Below, piece by piece: positions 20,164 to 29,701 of a stretch of DNA of 64,000 nt (positions are counted from its first letter, which is position 1; every line of letters begins with the position of its first letter). The stretch is from Candidatus Bathyarchaeota archaeon (GTDB lineage Archaea; Thermoproteota; Bathyarchaeia; Bathyarchaeales; Bathycorpusculaceae), in the NCBI GenBank assembly GCA_963733095.1, contig CAVTBV010000009.1, forward strand, positions 128,001 to 192,000, read 5' to 3'. Under the pieces are notes generated by a model. The model was given only the letters and a program-made list of their open reading frames with translations, was not told the origin of the DNA and searched no databases. A program made the position numbers and the translations under genes.

Positions 20164-20319
20164 CTATTTTTTGAAGAGACCCTTCTTCTCAGGGTAGTCT
20201 TTGCATTCATAGATTCGCAGTTGTCTTTGCGGCTCTATGCGACAGCGTTTGCGCGCGTTCTTACGCCTCAAAAGCGGCGCCAATTGAAAGAAGGGGCATT
20301 TGGAACAGAGTGTGCTCAT
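20164..20319 (-). CDS. 51-aa basic four-Cys microprotein
   Basis: MSTLCSKCPFFQLAPLLRRKNARKRCRIEPQRQLRIYECKDYPEKKGLFKK; starts 12 nt after the permease stop; T-tract follows. Confidence 0.6.
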   Translation of the reverse strand: MSTLCSKCPFFQLAPLLRRKNARKRCRIEPQRQLRIYECKDYPEKKGLFKK

Positions 20320-20331
20320 TTTTCTCTGATC

Positions 20332-21525
20332 CTACCTTGTCATCATCCGTCTGAACACTGGCATTGCAATTGCTATCATGACTACGCCGAACACTATCAG
20401 TACGATGAGATCTGTAGATATCTGTGGTATACCTGCACCGAGCACCATGACTTTTCGTAGAGCGTCGGAAGCATAGGTTAGTGGCAGTACTTTGCTTATG
20501 TCCTGCATGTACCATGGCATCTGCTGTATTGGGAAGAACACTCCAGATAGGAACATCATTGGGAACATCAGTGTCATCATGAGCATCTGTGCGGTTTCTT
20601 GGTCTTTGGTGAATGACGTTATGACTATGCCTAAGCCAACGAAGCTAAACACGCCCAGCAACAGCAACGCAAACACTAGCAACAAGCTGCCCTGTATGGC
20701 GACCCCGAATATTCCGATGGCTAACCCCAAGATTATGAGACCTTGGATTAAGCCTCGGGCCGTCTGCGCTCCAGTCTTGCCAAGCAGAATCGATAGTCTG
20801 TTAACTGGCGCAACCATCATGCCGTCCATTGTTCCAATTTCTTTCTCCTGTGAAATTGCAACTGGAAGCCCTGTCATAACGCTCATCATGACGGTCATAG
20901 CCATTATGCCTGGGGCGATGAAGTCAAAGTAGCTTGGGTGACCTGAAACTACACCTTGAGTTTGTATGCTGTAAGGCTGTACGACTGCAAGCGGATTGGG
21001 TGCATTCAACGGCAAAACGTTGTTGACAGCAGTCTGTTGACCCATAGCATTGAAAATAGTCATTAAGACGCCTTGGATGGTTGCGGATATTTGTGGGTTA
21101 GATTCGTCACTGATGATTATGAGGGTACCTTGCTGTCCAGATGCCATGCTTTGGCTGAAGTTGCTGGGTAAAACGATGCCGCCTTCAAGTTCGCCTCTCT
21201 GCACCTTGTCTTTGAGGTCTGCTGTGGTGTTTATATTGGTGATTATGAGGGCGTGGGTTTGGTTGTTGATTTGTTGTAAACCCGTAATGAAACTTTGGCT
21301 TGCAGTAAAGTTGCCGTTAAAGCCTGAATCCTCGTTGACTAATCCAACTTGCAAGTTGCTAACTGTACCATTAGATGGATAGATGAATCCAACCATAACC
21401 ATCATGAACAACGGCATGACGATTAAGAGCACTAATCCGAGTCGGTTGCGGAATAGTTCCGTTAAGTCTTTTTTAGCAATTCTAAAGCTATGCTGTAAAA
21501 TAGTTTGTGCGGTCATGTCTATCAC
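20332..21525 (-). CDS. ABC-2 type exporter permease
   Basis: N-terminal TM, extracellular loop, YFDFIAPG, EKEIGT, FLSGVFFP, PLTY. Confidence 0.92.
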   Translation of the reverse strand: MIDMTAQTILQHSFRIAKKDLTELFRNRLGLVLLIVMPLFMMVMVGFIYPSNGTVSNLQVGLVNEDSGFNGNFTASQSFITGLQQINNQTHALIITNINTTADLKDKVQRGELEGGIVLPSNFSQSMASGQQGTLIIISDESNPQISATIQGVLMTIFNAMGQQTAVNNVLPLNAPNPLAVVQPYSIQTQGVVSGHPSYFDFIAPGIMAMTVMMSVMTGLPVAISQEKEIGTMDGMMVAPVNRLSILLGKTGAQTARGLIQGLIILGLAIGIFGVAIQGSLLLVFALLLLGVFSFVGLGIVITSFTKDQETAQMLMMTLMFPMMFLSGVFFPIQQMPWYMQDISKVLPLTYASDALRKVMVLGAGIPQISTDLIVLIVFGVVMIAIAMPVFRRMMTR

Positions 21526-22565
21526 CTTACTCTGCTTCGAGCTGCACCAAACCTTGGTCCATGCTCCTGCTTGATTTTCTGGTCTGCGCTGTCTCTTACT
21601 TCGTGTCCTGTAATATGCAGGAATATGTCTTCAAGAGAAGGCTGCAGATTCGCCATTGAAGTTATCTTTCCATTTGTCTTTCTGATTGAATTAATAATAG
21701 AGTCGAAAGCTTCTTCGCCGTGCACTATAACGTGCAGGGTTGTAGAGTTTTCTTGGGTTACCGCATCTGCGCAGCTGAGCGATTTTACGGTGGCTACCAT
21801 GTTGGGTGTTAGGTTTGCTACTTCAAGTTTAATTATCATGGTGTCTCCGCCTGAAATTATTTTTTTAAGATTAGTCGAAGTGTCGAGCGCTATGATTTTT
21901 CCGTGGTCCACGATAGCTATGCGGTCGCAGAGCAAGTCAGCGTCAAGCATCATGTGTGTAGTTATTATTACAGTGGTTCCGTTTTCTTGGTTGAGTTTTC
22001 TCACGAACTCCCTGATTTCCACTGACGACTGAGGATCTAAACCCAACGTTGGCTCATCGAGAAATAGTACTTGAGGCATGTTGAGTAAGGCGCGGACAAC
22101 GTTCATTCTTTGGCGCATGCCGGTTGAGAACGTGCCAACTTGAGAGTCCTTGAACTTGGTTAGTTGAACAAGCTCCAGTAAGTCGTCGATTCTTTTGTTT
22201 AATGTGTCTTTTGGGATGTTGAAGAGGCTGCCAAAGAACCAGAGGTTCTCTTTAGCGGTTAAACGGTTGTAAATGATCATTTTTTCTGATACGATGCCGA
22301 TTAGCTTGCGCACTTCCATGTCGTTCTTTACGGTGTCGTATCCGCCGATGGTGGCCGTTCCCTTTGTGGGTCTGGACAGTGTGGAGAGCATTCGCAGTGT
22401 GGTGCTTTTGCCTGCTCCGTTGGGACCTAGTAACCCGAAGATTTCGCCTTTTTTGACATCGAATGAGATGTCATCAACAGCTGTGAACTTGTTGAACATC
22501 TTTGTTAGGTGGTCAACTTGGATGATGGATTCGTTTGCCATTTTTGATTCTCCGTTAATTTGCAA
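21522..22565 (-). CDS. ABC exporter ATP-binding protein (DrrA-like)
   Basis: GPNGAGKST, FSTGMRQR, LDEPTLGLDP, TTH. Confidence 0.95.
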   Translation of the reverse strand: MQINGESKMANESIIQVDHLTKMFNKFTAVDDISFDVKKGEIFGLLGPNGAGKSTTLRMLSTLSRPTKGTATIGGYDTVKNDMEVRKLIGIVSEKMIIYNRLTAKENLWFFGSLFNIPKDTLNKRIDDLLELVQLTKFKDSQVGTFSTGMRQRMNVVRALLNMPQVLFLDEPTLGLDPQSSVEIREFVRKLNQENGTTVIITTHMMLDADLLCDRIAIVDHGKIIALDTSTNLKKIISGGDTMIIKLEVANLTPNMVATVKSLSCADAVTQENSTTLHVIVHGEEAFDSIINSIRKTNGKITSMANLQPSLEDIFLHITGHEVRDSADQKIKQEHGPRFGAARSRVR

Positions 22566-22634
22566 TATTATTCAGTGCAATATATAGCGGTAAAATATAA
22601 GTATTACCCATTTACAATATAGTTTTGAAAGCAA

Positions 22635-23228
22635 ATGGCAACCGAAACAGACGACAAGACAACCGCAAACTGGATGAAAGAAGCCCAAAAAGGCATCATA
22701 CGCATGGGCGTACTGATCCTCATAAACAAAAAACCCAGCCACGGCTACGAAATCATGAAAGAAATCAACAGCCGAACAAAAGGCTTCTGGCAACCCACAG
22801 CAGGCGGAGTCTACCCAATCCTGCGAGACCTCGAAAAATCAGGATACATAAAAGGACACTGGGAAACCCAAAAGAACCGACGCCTCAAAGTCTACCAAAT
22901 CACCGAATCAGGCGAACAAATCCTAAGAAAAGCCATCCTAAAACAAACAGAAATCACCAACAACATCGGCAACCTTTTTCGAGAATTCGCCCGAGACGTC
23001 CTAAACATCGAATTGGAAAATTGGTCCGTGCCAAACATGCCATCACCGCTATCGCCTTTTCTTGGAGAAAAAATTGGCAGTGAATGCAACATCAAACAGT
23101 TAGAGCACCAACGAAAACATCTATCCGATACGGTAAAGACAATGCGGAACCGCCTAAAACTTCTCGATAGAAGAATTGCCGAAATCAAAAAAGAAGAAAA
23201 AAGCGATTCTTCAACTGTACCATCTTAG
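22635..23228 (+). CDS. PadR-family transcriptional regulator
   Basis: HGYEIMK, G.VYP.L..LE, R.KVY.IT..G; divergent from the ABC operon. Confidence 0.92.
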   Translation: MATETDDKTTANWMKEAQKGIIRMGVLILINKKPSHGYEIMKEINSRTKGFWQPTAGGVYPILRDLEKSGYIKGHWETQKNRRLKVYQITESGEQILRKAILKQTEITNNIGNLFREFARDVLNIELENWSVPNMPSPLSPFLGEKIGSECNIKQLEHQRKHLSDTVKTMRNRLKLLDRRIAEIKKEEKSDSSTVPS

Positions 23229-23347
23229 ATGAATTGTGAAACCGTTATTTTGCGACTGCCCGGAGAGTAGGCATATGGCAGTATGGAAAGCTGCCTTTAG
23301 TTGGTGTAAAGAATTAAATCTGTGACTGCCTACTTTCTTAGAAGAGT

Positions 23348-23680
23348 GTGAAAAGCTTGTTCCGCGTTAGAGTCAACAAAATCGAATCTACCCGCGACTT
23401 AGACGGTAACATGGGAAAAAGAATCGAACTTCTTGAAGAACGAGAAGTAAATCCTTACATAGTAAGACCCCAATCCGATGAAGCAAAAATGGCCCAAGAC
23501 ATCATGCAAGCACTTCAAACCCAAATGCCCTTCCTACCGCAACGCACGCAGATGGCGACACCGAAAATTATTCTATTCTTAACCGAGCACGAATACGACA
23601 GCTTAGGCATAAATTTTGACGTTAACCAAGTCTACGAGGTAGCTTTGGAGAACCAATCTATAAGGTTTAGGAAAGTTTAA
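23348..23680 (+). CDS. Arcadin-1-like protein
   Basis: D..G...RIEL.EE, DEA..AQ, PF, P.I.LFLTE.E, DV...EV..EN pattern recalled from Pyrobaculum arcadin-1. Confidence 0.7.
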   Translation: MKSLFRVRVNKIESTRDLDGNMGKRIELLEEREVNPYIVRPQSDEAKMAQDIMQALQTQMPFLPQRTQMATPKIILFLTEHEYDSLGINFDVNQVYEVALENQSIRFRKV

Positions 23681-24023
23681 GCAGCTCACTTCTCATTTGT
23701 GCCAGCGCAGGATGCTTTGGGTGAAAAGACAAGACAAACATCATGCTCTTCAATGCACTGCTTATTTCTTTTAAGCCCGACATTTTTCCCTCATCACAGT
23801 ATAGTGGAATTGGCTCTTCTCCATCGAACTCTTCATAGTACACATAAATCGGAGATTGTGCCCTCTCGAAGCGTACCATTTCAAATTCTAAGTTTAGCCG
23901 CTTAGCCATTTCTTTGGCGGCAGTTCTAACAGACTCCAATCGCTCCCTGCCTGGAACGCCAGTTGAGGCATAAACCATCAGTTTCCCACAATTTTCCTTA
24001 AACATAATAACCACAAATGACAA
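23667..24023 (-). CDS. Hypothetical protein
   Basis: 118-aa ORF with ordinary composition (IYVYYE..PIPLYCD..MFVLSFHP). Confidence 0.7.
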   Translation of the reverse strand: MSFVVIMFKENCGKLMVYASTGVPGRERLESVRTAAKEMAKRLNLEFEMVRFERAQSPIYVYYEEFDGEEPIPLYCDEGKMSGLKEISSALKSMMFVLSFHPKHPALAQMRSELLKLS

Positions 24024-24187
24024 TCAGTGAAAAACTCTTTTAAAGCAACTTAGCAAACGACAACTTTTGGTAGCAGAGGGATAAGTGAAAGTGAACCAGT
24101 ATAACCTCCAAATTGTTGCTGTGAAAGGGTAACCACAACAGCTTAAATGCTTAACGAAAATTCCTGTTTTAATTAGAAGGTTAAACA

Positions 24188-24616
24188 ATGGTTGTTGGCG
24201 AGAAATTATGGGAAGGCAAAGGCAAAAGTGAAGGTCTGGGCTTAATAAAATCCATCGGAATGGAAGGCATAAAGTCCATTTATTCGTGGTCTGCTGAAAT
24301 GAAAGGCGTGGGACAAGCAAAAGACTTTGACGGCAACATACACGTAACAGCTAAGATGAAGAGTCCGATTAAGGGCACAACTGCGGCTAAAGATCAAGGA
24401 ATATTCATGATGAAAACCGGAGATATGTGTGTGGTGAAAGGTTTCGATTTGATGAAAATGATAATGGGAAGCAATCTAACGGCAGTAGGATTATGGAGCT
24501 TCATGACAATATCCGAGAAACTTTTCTGGCTGAACAACACAATTGCCATAGTCACTTTTGAAGCACAAGACCCAATGTGGATGGAATCCAAAATAACAAT
24601 CTATGAATGGAAGTAA
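24188..24616 (+). CDS. Hypothetical beta-rich protein
   Basis: 142 aa; F.T.SEKL.WLN and terminal YEWK. Confidence 0.7.
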   Translation: MVVGEKLWEGKGKSEGLGLIKSIGMEGIKSIYSWSAEMKGVGQAKDFDGNIHVTAKMKSPIKGTTAAKDQGIFMMKTGDMCVVKGFDLMKMIMGSNLTAVGLWSFMTISEKLFWLNNTIAIVTFEAQDPMWMESKITIYEWK

Positions 24617-24633
24617 TTAAAGAGCTGAATTTT

Positions 24634-25092
24634 ATGCAGGAACACGAAGGTTGGCATATGCCTGAATGGTGGTGCCGAGACAAAAGGCCCTCCAACGATA
24701 AAGTATACTTTGAAAACATGTGCAGAGTTATTTTTCAAGCAGGCTTAAACTGGCAAGTAATAGACAAAAAGTGGTCAACGACAAAGAAGGATTTTGCAGA
24801 TTTTGATATCCATGAAGTTGCTAACTTTACCAACACTGACGTTGAAAGACTCATGAGAGACCCGGGAATCATAAGAAACAGAGGCAAAATTAAAGCAATT
24901 ATACAAAACGCACAGAACTTCTTAGCCATAGAAAAGAAGTCTGGGTCATTCCAAAAATACCTCGATAGCCTAGATAAAACAAAAAACTATGCAAACGTCG
25001 TCAAGGATTTGGTCAACAAATTCAAGTGGTTAGGTCCACCTTCAGCGAGCCTTTTCTTATACACCGTGGGCGAAAAAATAGAGCCATGGTAA
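24634..25092 (+). CDS. tag: DNA-3-methyladenine glycosylase I family protein
   Basis: FQAGLNW, F.DFD...VA.F, GIIRNRGKI.A.I.NA, FKWLGP. Confidence 0.88.
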   Translation: MQEHEGWHMPEWWCRDKRPSNDKVYFENMCRVIFQAGLNWQVIDKKWSTTKKDFADFDIHEVANFTNTDVERLMRDPGIIRNRGKIKAIIQNAQNFLAIEKKSGSFQKYLDSLDKTKNYANVVKDLVNKFKWLGPPSASLFLYTVGEKIEPW

Positions 25093-25159
25093 ACAACTCC
25101 TTTTTCCCTTTTTGTTTAAACTATATTTTTAAACCCTATATTCCCTTTTAATTCGAAGA

Positions 25160-25438
25160 ATGTGTATGAAGGTTAGAGCACACTTATTTGTTTCTGGGCG
25201 AGTTCAGGGCGTTTTTTTTAGACAGAGCACTCTAATTGAGGCGCAATACTTGGGCGTTACCGGTTGGGTGCGAAATCTGATGGATGGGCGGGTGGAAGCG
25301 GTTTTTGAAGGTGAAGAACACGCGGTTAAAATGCTCGTTAACTATTGCCGCAGTGGTCCTCCTGCTGCAAGAGTGAATAATCTGGATGTCAGTTATGGCT
25401 CTTTTAAAGGCGAATTTTCAAATTTCACTGCGCTTTAA
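25160..25438 (+). CDS. acyP: Acylphosphatase
   Basis: SGRVQGVFFR, GWVRNL.DGRVE, GPP.ARV. Confidence 0.95.
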   Translation: MCMKVRAHLFVSGRVQGVFFRQSTLIEAQYLGVTGWVRNLMDGRVEAVFEGEEHAVKMLVNYCRSGPPAARVNNLDVSYGSFKGEFSNFTAL

Positions 25439-25443
25439 TTTCG

Positions 25444-25881
25444 TTACGCTTTTTTCTTGGGTACCCTAAAATGCGAATCTTTCCCTAAGCTAATGTATTC
25501 TCCGCCCATACCGCGCACGGCAGAAGCAATCTTTGCAAAATTCTCGGACCCCAAAAACTGCTTGGGCTTGATGATGATATAGTCGCCTTTTTCGTCGAAG
25601 CTTAGTCTGGCTTCAAGTTCTTCAGGGAAGGACATGCGGATGTCGTCAATGGATCTTTGTTTTGAGGGTTCAGTCGGCGGAGCCATAACAGGTGCTGATG
25701 GCTTGGGTTCTGCAATTGAAGATGGTATAGTAACTGTTTTAGACTGTGTAATTTGTCCAACTGCAAGTGACTTTAATGATGCAGAAACCGACCGCAACTC
25801 TTCTGAAATTTGATTCAAACTGATAGTAATTTCCTCAACTCTTCCTAGCAACTGATTTAATTTATCCTTGTCACTGCTCAC
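25444..25881 (-). CDS. Hypothetical protein (coiled coil, Pro-rich linker, small C-terminal domain)
   Basis: GTG start after GAGGGAG SD; heptad-like N-terminus; IIKPKQFLGSENF..GGEY..GKDSHFRVP domain. Confidence 0.75.
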   Translation of the reverse strand: MSSDKDKLNQLLGRVEEITISLNQISEELRSVSASLKSLAVGQITQSKTVTIPSSIAEPKPSAPVMAPPTEPSKQRSIDDIRMSFPEELEARLSFDEKGDYIIIKPKQFLGSENFAKIASAVRGMGGEYISLGKDSHFRVPKKKA

Positions 25882-25960
25882 AAAGCTCCCTCTTAAACTC
25901 CTAAATAATCCCAGAAGCTTATTAATTGTTTGCAAACCAACCAGTTAGTGAAGAAACTGC

Positions 25961-26995
25961 ATGATTGAAATTGATGGAAGTCAAAAAAGCGGAAGCGGCA
26001 CGATTCTTCGCTTATCCGTAGCCATGGCAGCAATCATCCAACAGCCTCTCCATATAACTAACATAAGGCAGAGCCGTCCTCAACCAGGCTTAAAACCTCA
26101 ACATCTTGAAGCCGTATTGACCGCAGGCAAACTTTGCAACGCCAAAATCGAAGGCGCAAAATTGGGTTCGAGGGAGCTTTGGTTTATGCCTCAGGAAATT
26201 AAAGGAGGCAAAATTGAAGCTTTGATCGAAACTGCAGGAAGCATACCCATGCTACTGTTGGCAGCTTTGCCTATTTGTCTGTTTGCCAAGAACCCTGTGC
26301 GTTTGCATGTTGAAAAGGGCGGAACAGACACAATTCATGCTCCAACTATCAATTACCTGCGTTTTGTGTTCTTTCCAGCACTAAGGCAGATGGGGATTGA
26401 ATCTGACTTGACGGTTCAGAAATATGGTTATTACCCCAAAGGCATGGGCGAGGCAACCTTAGAGGTTAAACCAAACCCCCAACTAAAAGCCGTAACTTTT
26501 AAAAGCTTTGGGAACTTGAAGAGCATTAATGGTATTTCTGTATGCACTTTTCTGGCTGATAGGCAGGTGGCTGAGCGGCAAGCAAAAGCAGCAAAGGATT
26601 ACCTCGCCCAAAACGGTTACAAAGCCGACATTCAAGTTGTAAACGACCAGTCAAACCCGATTCAAAAAGGCAGTTCAATCGTTCTGTGGGCTGAAACCGA
26701 CACGGGCATCATCATTGGTGCCGACTCCATAGGGGAGCTTAGGAAAATGAGTGAGGCAGTGGGAAAGGAAGCTGCGCAAAGGCTAATCGATGAGTTGTCT
26801 TTCAAGCCCACAGTGGACGTTTTCCTCGCCGACATGCTTATTCCCTACATGGCGCTGGCACAGAGTAAATCAGTTTATCTGACAAGAACAATCTCTGAGC
26901 ATATCGACTCGAACATTTGGCTTACTGAAAAAATGTTAAACGTTAAATTCATCATCGAAAAAATAAACAACCTCTACAGAATAGAAAAAAGCTGA
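25961..26995 (+). CDS. rtcA: RNA 3'-terminal phosphate cyclase
   Basis: IDGS..SGSG.ILR, IR..RP.PGL..QH, TAGS, GGT, GYYP.G.G. Confidence 0.93.
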   Translation: MIEIDGSQKSGSGTILRLSVAMAAIIQQPLHITNIRQSRPQPGLKPQHLEAVLTAGKLCNAKIEGAKLGSRELWFMPQEIKGGKIEALIETAGSIPMLLLAALPICLFAKNPVRLHVEKGGTDTIHAPTINYLRFVFFPALRQMGIESDLTVQKYGYYPKGMGEATLEVKPNPQLKAVTFKSFGNLKSINGISVCTFLADRQVAERQAKAAKDYLAQNGYKADIQVVNDQSNPIQKGSSIVLWAETDTGIIIGADSIGELRKMSEAVGKEAAQRLIDELSFKPTVDVFLADMLIPYMALAQSKSVYLTRTISEHIDSNIWLTEKMLNVKFIIEKINNLYRIEKS

Positions 26996-27001
26996 ATATC
27001 C

Positions 27002-28072
27002 ATGCCTAAACCGTCAGTCTGCATTAAAGTTCCAAAAACAAGCGGCGAAAAAACCATTTCGTTATTAACAAAGTTTGGGCTTGCAGACAAAACTCTGGTT
27101 ATTCAACGAGACGAAGATAGCCTCTGCATTCCCTTGGTTCGGGAACCTGAAGGCATTGAGTTGGCAACGCTGAATAGTCAAAATCCAAAATTCGCAGTCT
27201 ATACAGCTGTTTTCAGCGAGAAGCAGCTTCCCCCTGAAACCCTCACCCAAGCCCTCCAAGAAAAATTGCCCCCTGATTTACTTGCCAAAGTTCCTCAAGC
27301 CTTCGACATCATAGGCAACATAGTCATACTCGACATTCCACTACAACTCAAACCCTACCAGAACCTGATTGGCGAGGCAATTCTGCAAACCCAAAAAAAC
27401 GTTAAAACCGTCCTTGCGAAAGCAAGCGACATAAGCGGCGTTTTTCGTGTGCGCAACTACGACTATATCGCTGGTGAACATAAAACCCAAACAATCCACC
27501 GCGAATTCGGTTGTCAATACCATGTCGACATGGCAAAAGCGTATTTTTCTCCAAGGCTATCGCATGAACATGAGCGGGTGGCGGCTCAGGTTCAGGATGA
27601 CGAAGTGGTGGCGGATTTGTTTGCTGGAGTTGGACCATTCGCTGTGCTTATTGGTAAGCGGAATCCGACTGTGAAGGTTTATGCTGTGGACCTAAACCCT
27701 GATGCGGTAGAGTTGCTCAAGGTTAACGTTCGAGTTAACAAGGTTGACGGTAACGTTTATCCTGTTCTCGGCAACGCCAGAGAAGTCGCTCAAACCAAAC
27801 TGAGAGCCTCAGTTGACCGAGTCATCATGAATCTGCCTGAAACAGCCATAGAATTCGTCGACGTAGCCTGCAACGCAATCAAGCCCCAGGGCGGAGTGGT
27901 GCATTTTTATGGGTTTGTCCGTGCACCTGACTCGATAGAGAACCTAAAGCAACGCTTCTCGGATTTGGTGGAGAAGAATGTGCGACGGGTCGAGGAGTTT
28001 CTTCTTGCAAGGAGTATTCGTGAGACTGCTCCTTTTGAGTCGCAGGTTGTTTTAGACGCCAAAATCAGTTAA
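27002..28072 (+). CDS. trm5: tRNA (guanine-37-N1)-methyltransferase, Trm5 family
   Basis: FDIIG.I, YFSPRL..E, DLFAGVGPF, DLNP, MNLP. Confidence 0.88.
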   Translation: MPKPSVCIKVPKTSGEKTISLLTKFGLADKTLVIQRDEDSLCIPLVREPEGIELATLNSQNPKFAVYTAVFSEKQLPPETLTQALQEKLPPDLLAKVPQAFDIIGNIVILDIPLQLKPYQNLIGEAILQTQKNVKTVLAKASDISGVFRVRNYDYIAGEHKTQTIHREFGCQYHVDMAKAYFSPRLSHEHERVAAQVQDDEVVADLFAGVGPFAVLIGKRNPTVKVYAVDLNPDAVELLKVNVRVNKVDGNVYPVLGNAREVAQTKLRASVDRVIMNLPETAIEFVDVACNAIKPQGGVVHFYGFVRAPDSIENLKQRFSDLVEKNVRRVEEFLLARSIRETAPFESQVVLDAKIS

Positions 28073-28500
28073 GTTTCAACGGTTAGCGTTATTTTGATTT
28101 TTTGGCTAGAGTCCTGTAGTTTCTTGACGAGCGCTCTTGGTAAATCAACTGCGGATTTGTCAGCACAAATCGCCAACGTTCTCTGGCAGATATAGTCGCT
28201 TTTCCTGATTACTATATCAGTTGCATGGCACAAACAGAGCTTAGGGGAGCCGCATGCCCTGATTTCTTCTCTGAGGTCGTCTGCTTCGATAGTGACGGTG
28301 ACCTTTGCGTTTGGCTTTTGAAGTTCCTCTTTGAATTTGTCGCTTAAATCTACAACCGATTTGTCAGTTGCCATTGCAACTATGCAGTCACCGTTCTTTG
28401 AAACATGAATATCCTTAGTAAACATCAGCGTGGTGGGGTGGACTGCCTGAATATTTGCATGTCCTATTCCCCAGAATGTTTCAAATACTTTTTTGCTCAC
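28069..28500 (-). CDS. DUF371 protein
   Basis: GH.NI.A.HPTT..FTKD, GDCI, IRKS.Y..RTL.I.ADK.A.D. Confidence 0.9.
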   Translation of the reverse strand: MSKKVFETFWGIGHANIQAVHPTTLMFTKDIHVSKNGDCIVAMATDKSVVDLSDKFKEELQKPNAKVTVTIEADDLREEIRACGSPKLCLCHATDIVIRKSDYICQRTLAICADKSAVDLPRALVKKLQDSSQKIKITLTVET

Positions 28501-28511
28501 TTACTCGTCAC

Positions 28512-29474
28512 TTACTCGTTAACCTCGATTGAATCTACTTTGCCATCGCCGTCCAAATCAAACCCGTGAACAGCAACTGCAAAGGTATCTTCTCCCTTAT
28601 ATTTTTCGAGGGTTTTCTTCCAAAAATTCGTCAACGCCAACACACATGCTTTGGTTCCTACCGCTTTGTTACCAGCCAAAACCACGATGCGTTTGGTGTT
28701 GTCCCAAGGATTCACGATCTTAGCCACAACACCCCAAACATCCGAAGTGTAAACCTGCCCCGTTTTCTTCGACGACAAACCGCCAAGCAAAAACCCTTGC
28801 CCCGAGGATTGCATGATGAACTTGATGGGTAAATATTCGTTGACTTCCTGCGTTAGCAGGTTGGTTCCTGGACCGCCGACGAGTATAAGGTTGTTTTTTT
28901 CCTCCTTCTCCACCTTCACGTCAACGTCCAACTTTACCGCAAATTCGGTTGGCATCTTGGCGAATTGCCCCAAGAAAAGTGCTAAATGAGCTGAGTAGTG
29001 GCCGTCTCTGGCGCTGGTTTTAAAAGGTCCATGAGGCTGCGGACTGCCTACTACAATTTTTCCGTCAAAGATGTCGTGATTTATGAATTCTTGGAAGAAT
29101 TTCTGCAGCGGCTCATCGAGGCTTAGGGTGCAAATGTTCTGGATATGTTTGTAGCCTTGAGGAAACTCTATTCCAAACGCTGGTGAGACGGTTCTGTAGT
29201 ATTTTGCTGTTGCGCCCTTCTTTTTTTCTTCCTTGACAACAGTTATGGCTCCTGCTTTTGCGAGTTTTCGTATGTGGTAGTATATTTTTTGTTCGTGCAT
29301 GCCGAGTTGTTTGGCGACTTCAAGGGGGTACATTTCTTTTTTTGAGAGTAGAGTGAGGATTTTCCAGCTGAGGCCGCCGAGTATGTTTTTGAGTTTTTGG
29401 GAGTCGGTTAGGATGATGATTTCTTTGGCTTCTTGGGTGTTGCCGTTGTCTTGGAGGAGGAGTTTTTTTTGCAT
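28512..29474 (-). CDS. wHTH regulator fused to an S-layer-C-like domain
   Basis: ArsR-like HTH (YPLEVAKQL..HEQKIYYHIRKL); NLILVGGP.TN motif; C-terminal DLDGDGKVD; divergent from glmS. Confidence 0.8.
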   Translation of the reverse strand: MQKKLLLQDNGNTQEAKEIIILTDSQKLKNILGGLSWKILTLLSKKEMYPLEVAKQLGMHEQKIYYHIRKLAKAGAITVVKEEKKKGATAKYYRTVSPAFGIEFPQGYKHIQNICTLSLDEPLQKFFQEFINHDIFDGKIVVGSPQPHGPFKTSARDGHYSAHLALFLGQFAKMPTEFAVKLDVDVKVEKEEKNNLILVGGPGTNLLTQEVNEYLPIKFIMQSSGQGFLLGGLSSKKTGQVYTSDVWGVVAKIVNPWDNTKRIVVLAGNKAVGTKACVLALTNFWKKTLEKYKGEDTFAVAVHGFDLDGDGKVDSIEVNE

Positions 29475-29701
29475 GTTAATCTTAGGGACTAAAGATGCAG
29501 GTACTATAAAAAATTTCTTTATAACGGTATGTACACTTCTGTTGTGGGCTTAGGTGCAGGTATCGGTTTGTCCGTACAAACAGCAATAAGCACTAACAAA
29601 AAATTTTTAGCGGTCAAACTCTAATATTAAAAATACTTATTAACAAAACTTACGCTCATCCATAATATCGCAATAGTTATGACGCGAAGGCTTAGAAAAA
29701 C

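Noticed and set aside
22625-23083. 152-aa alternative-frame ORF over padR
   Set aside because: The Arg/Pro/Asn-rich composition is a by-product of T-poor codon usage in padR.
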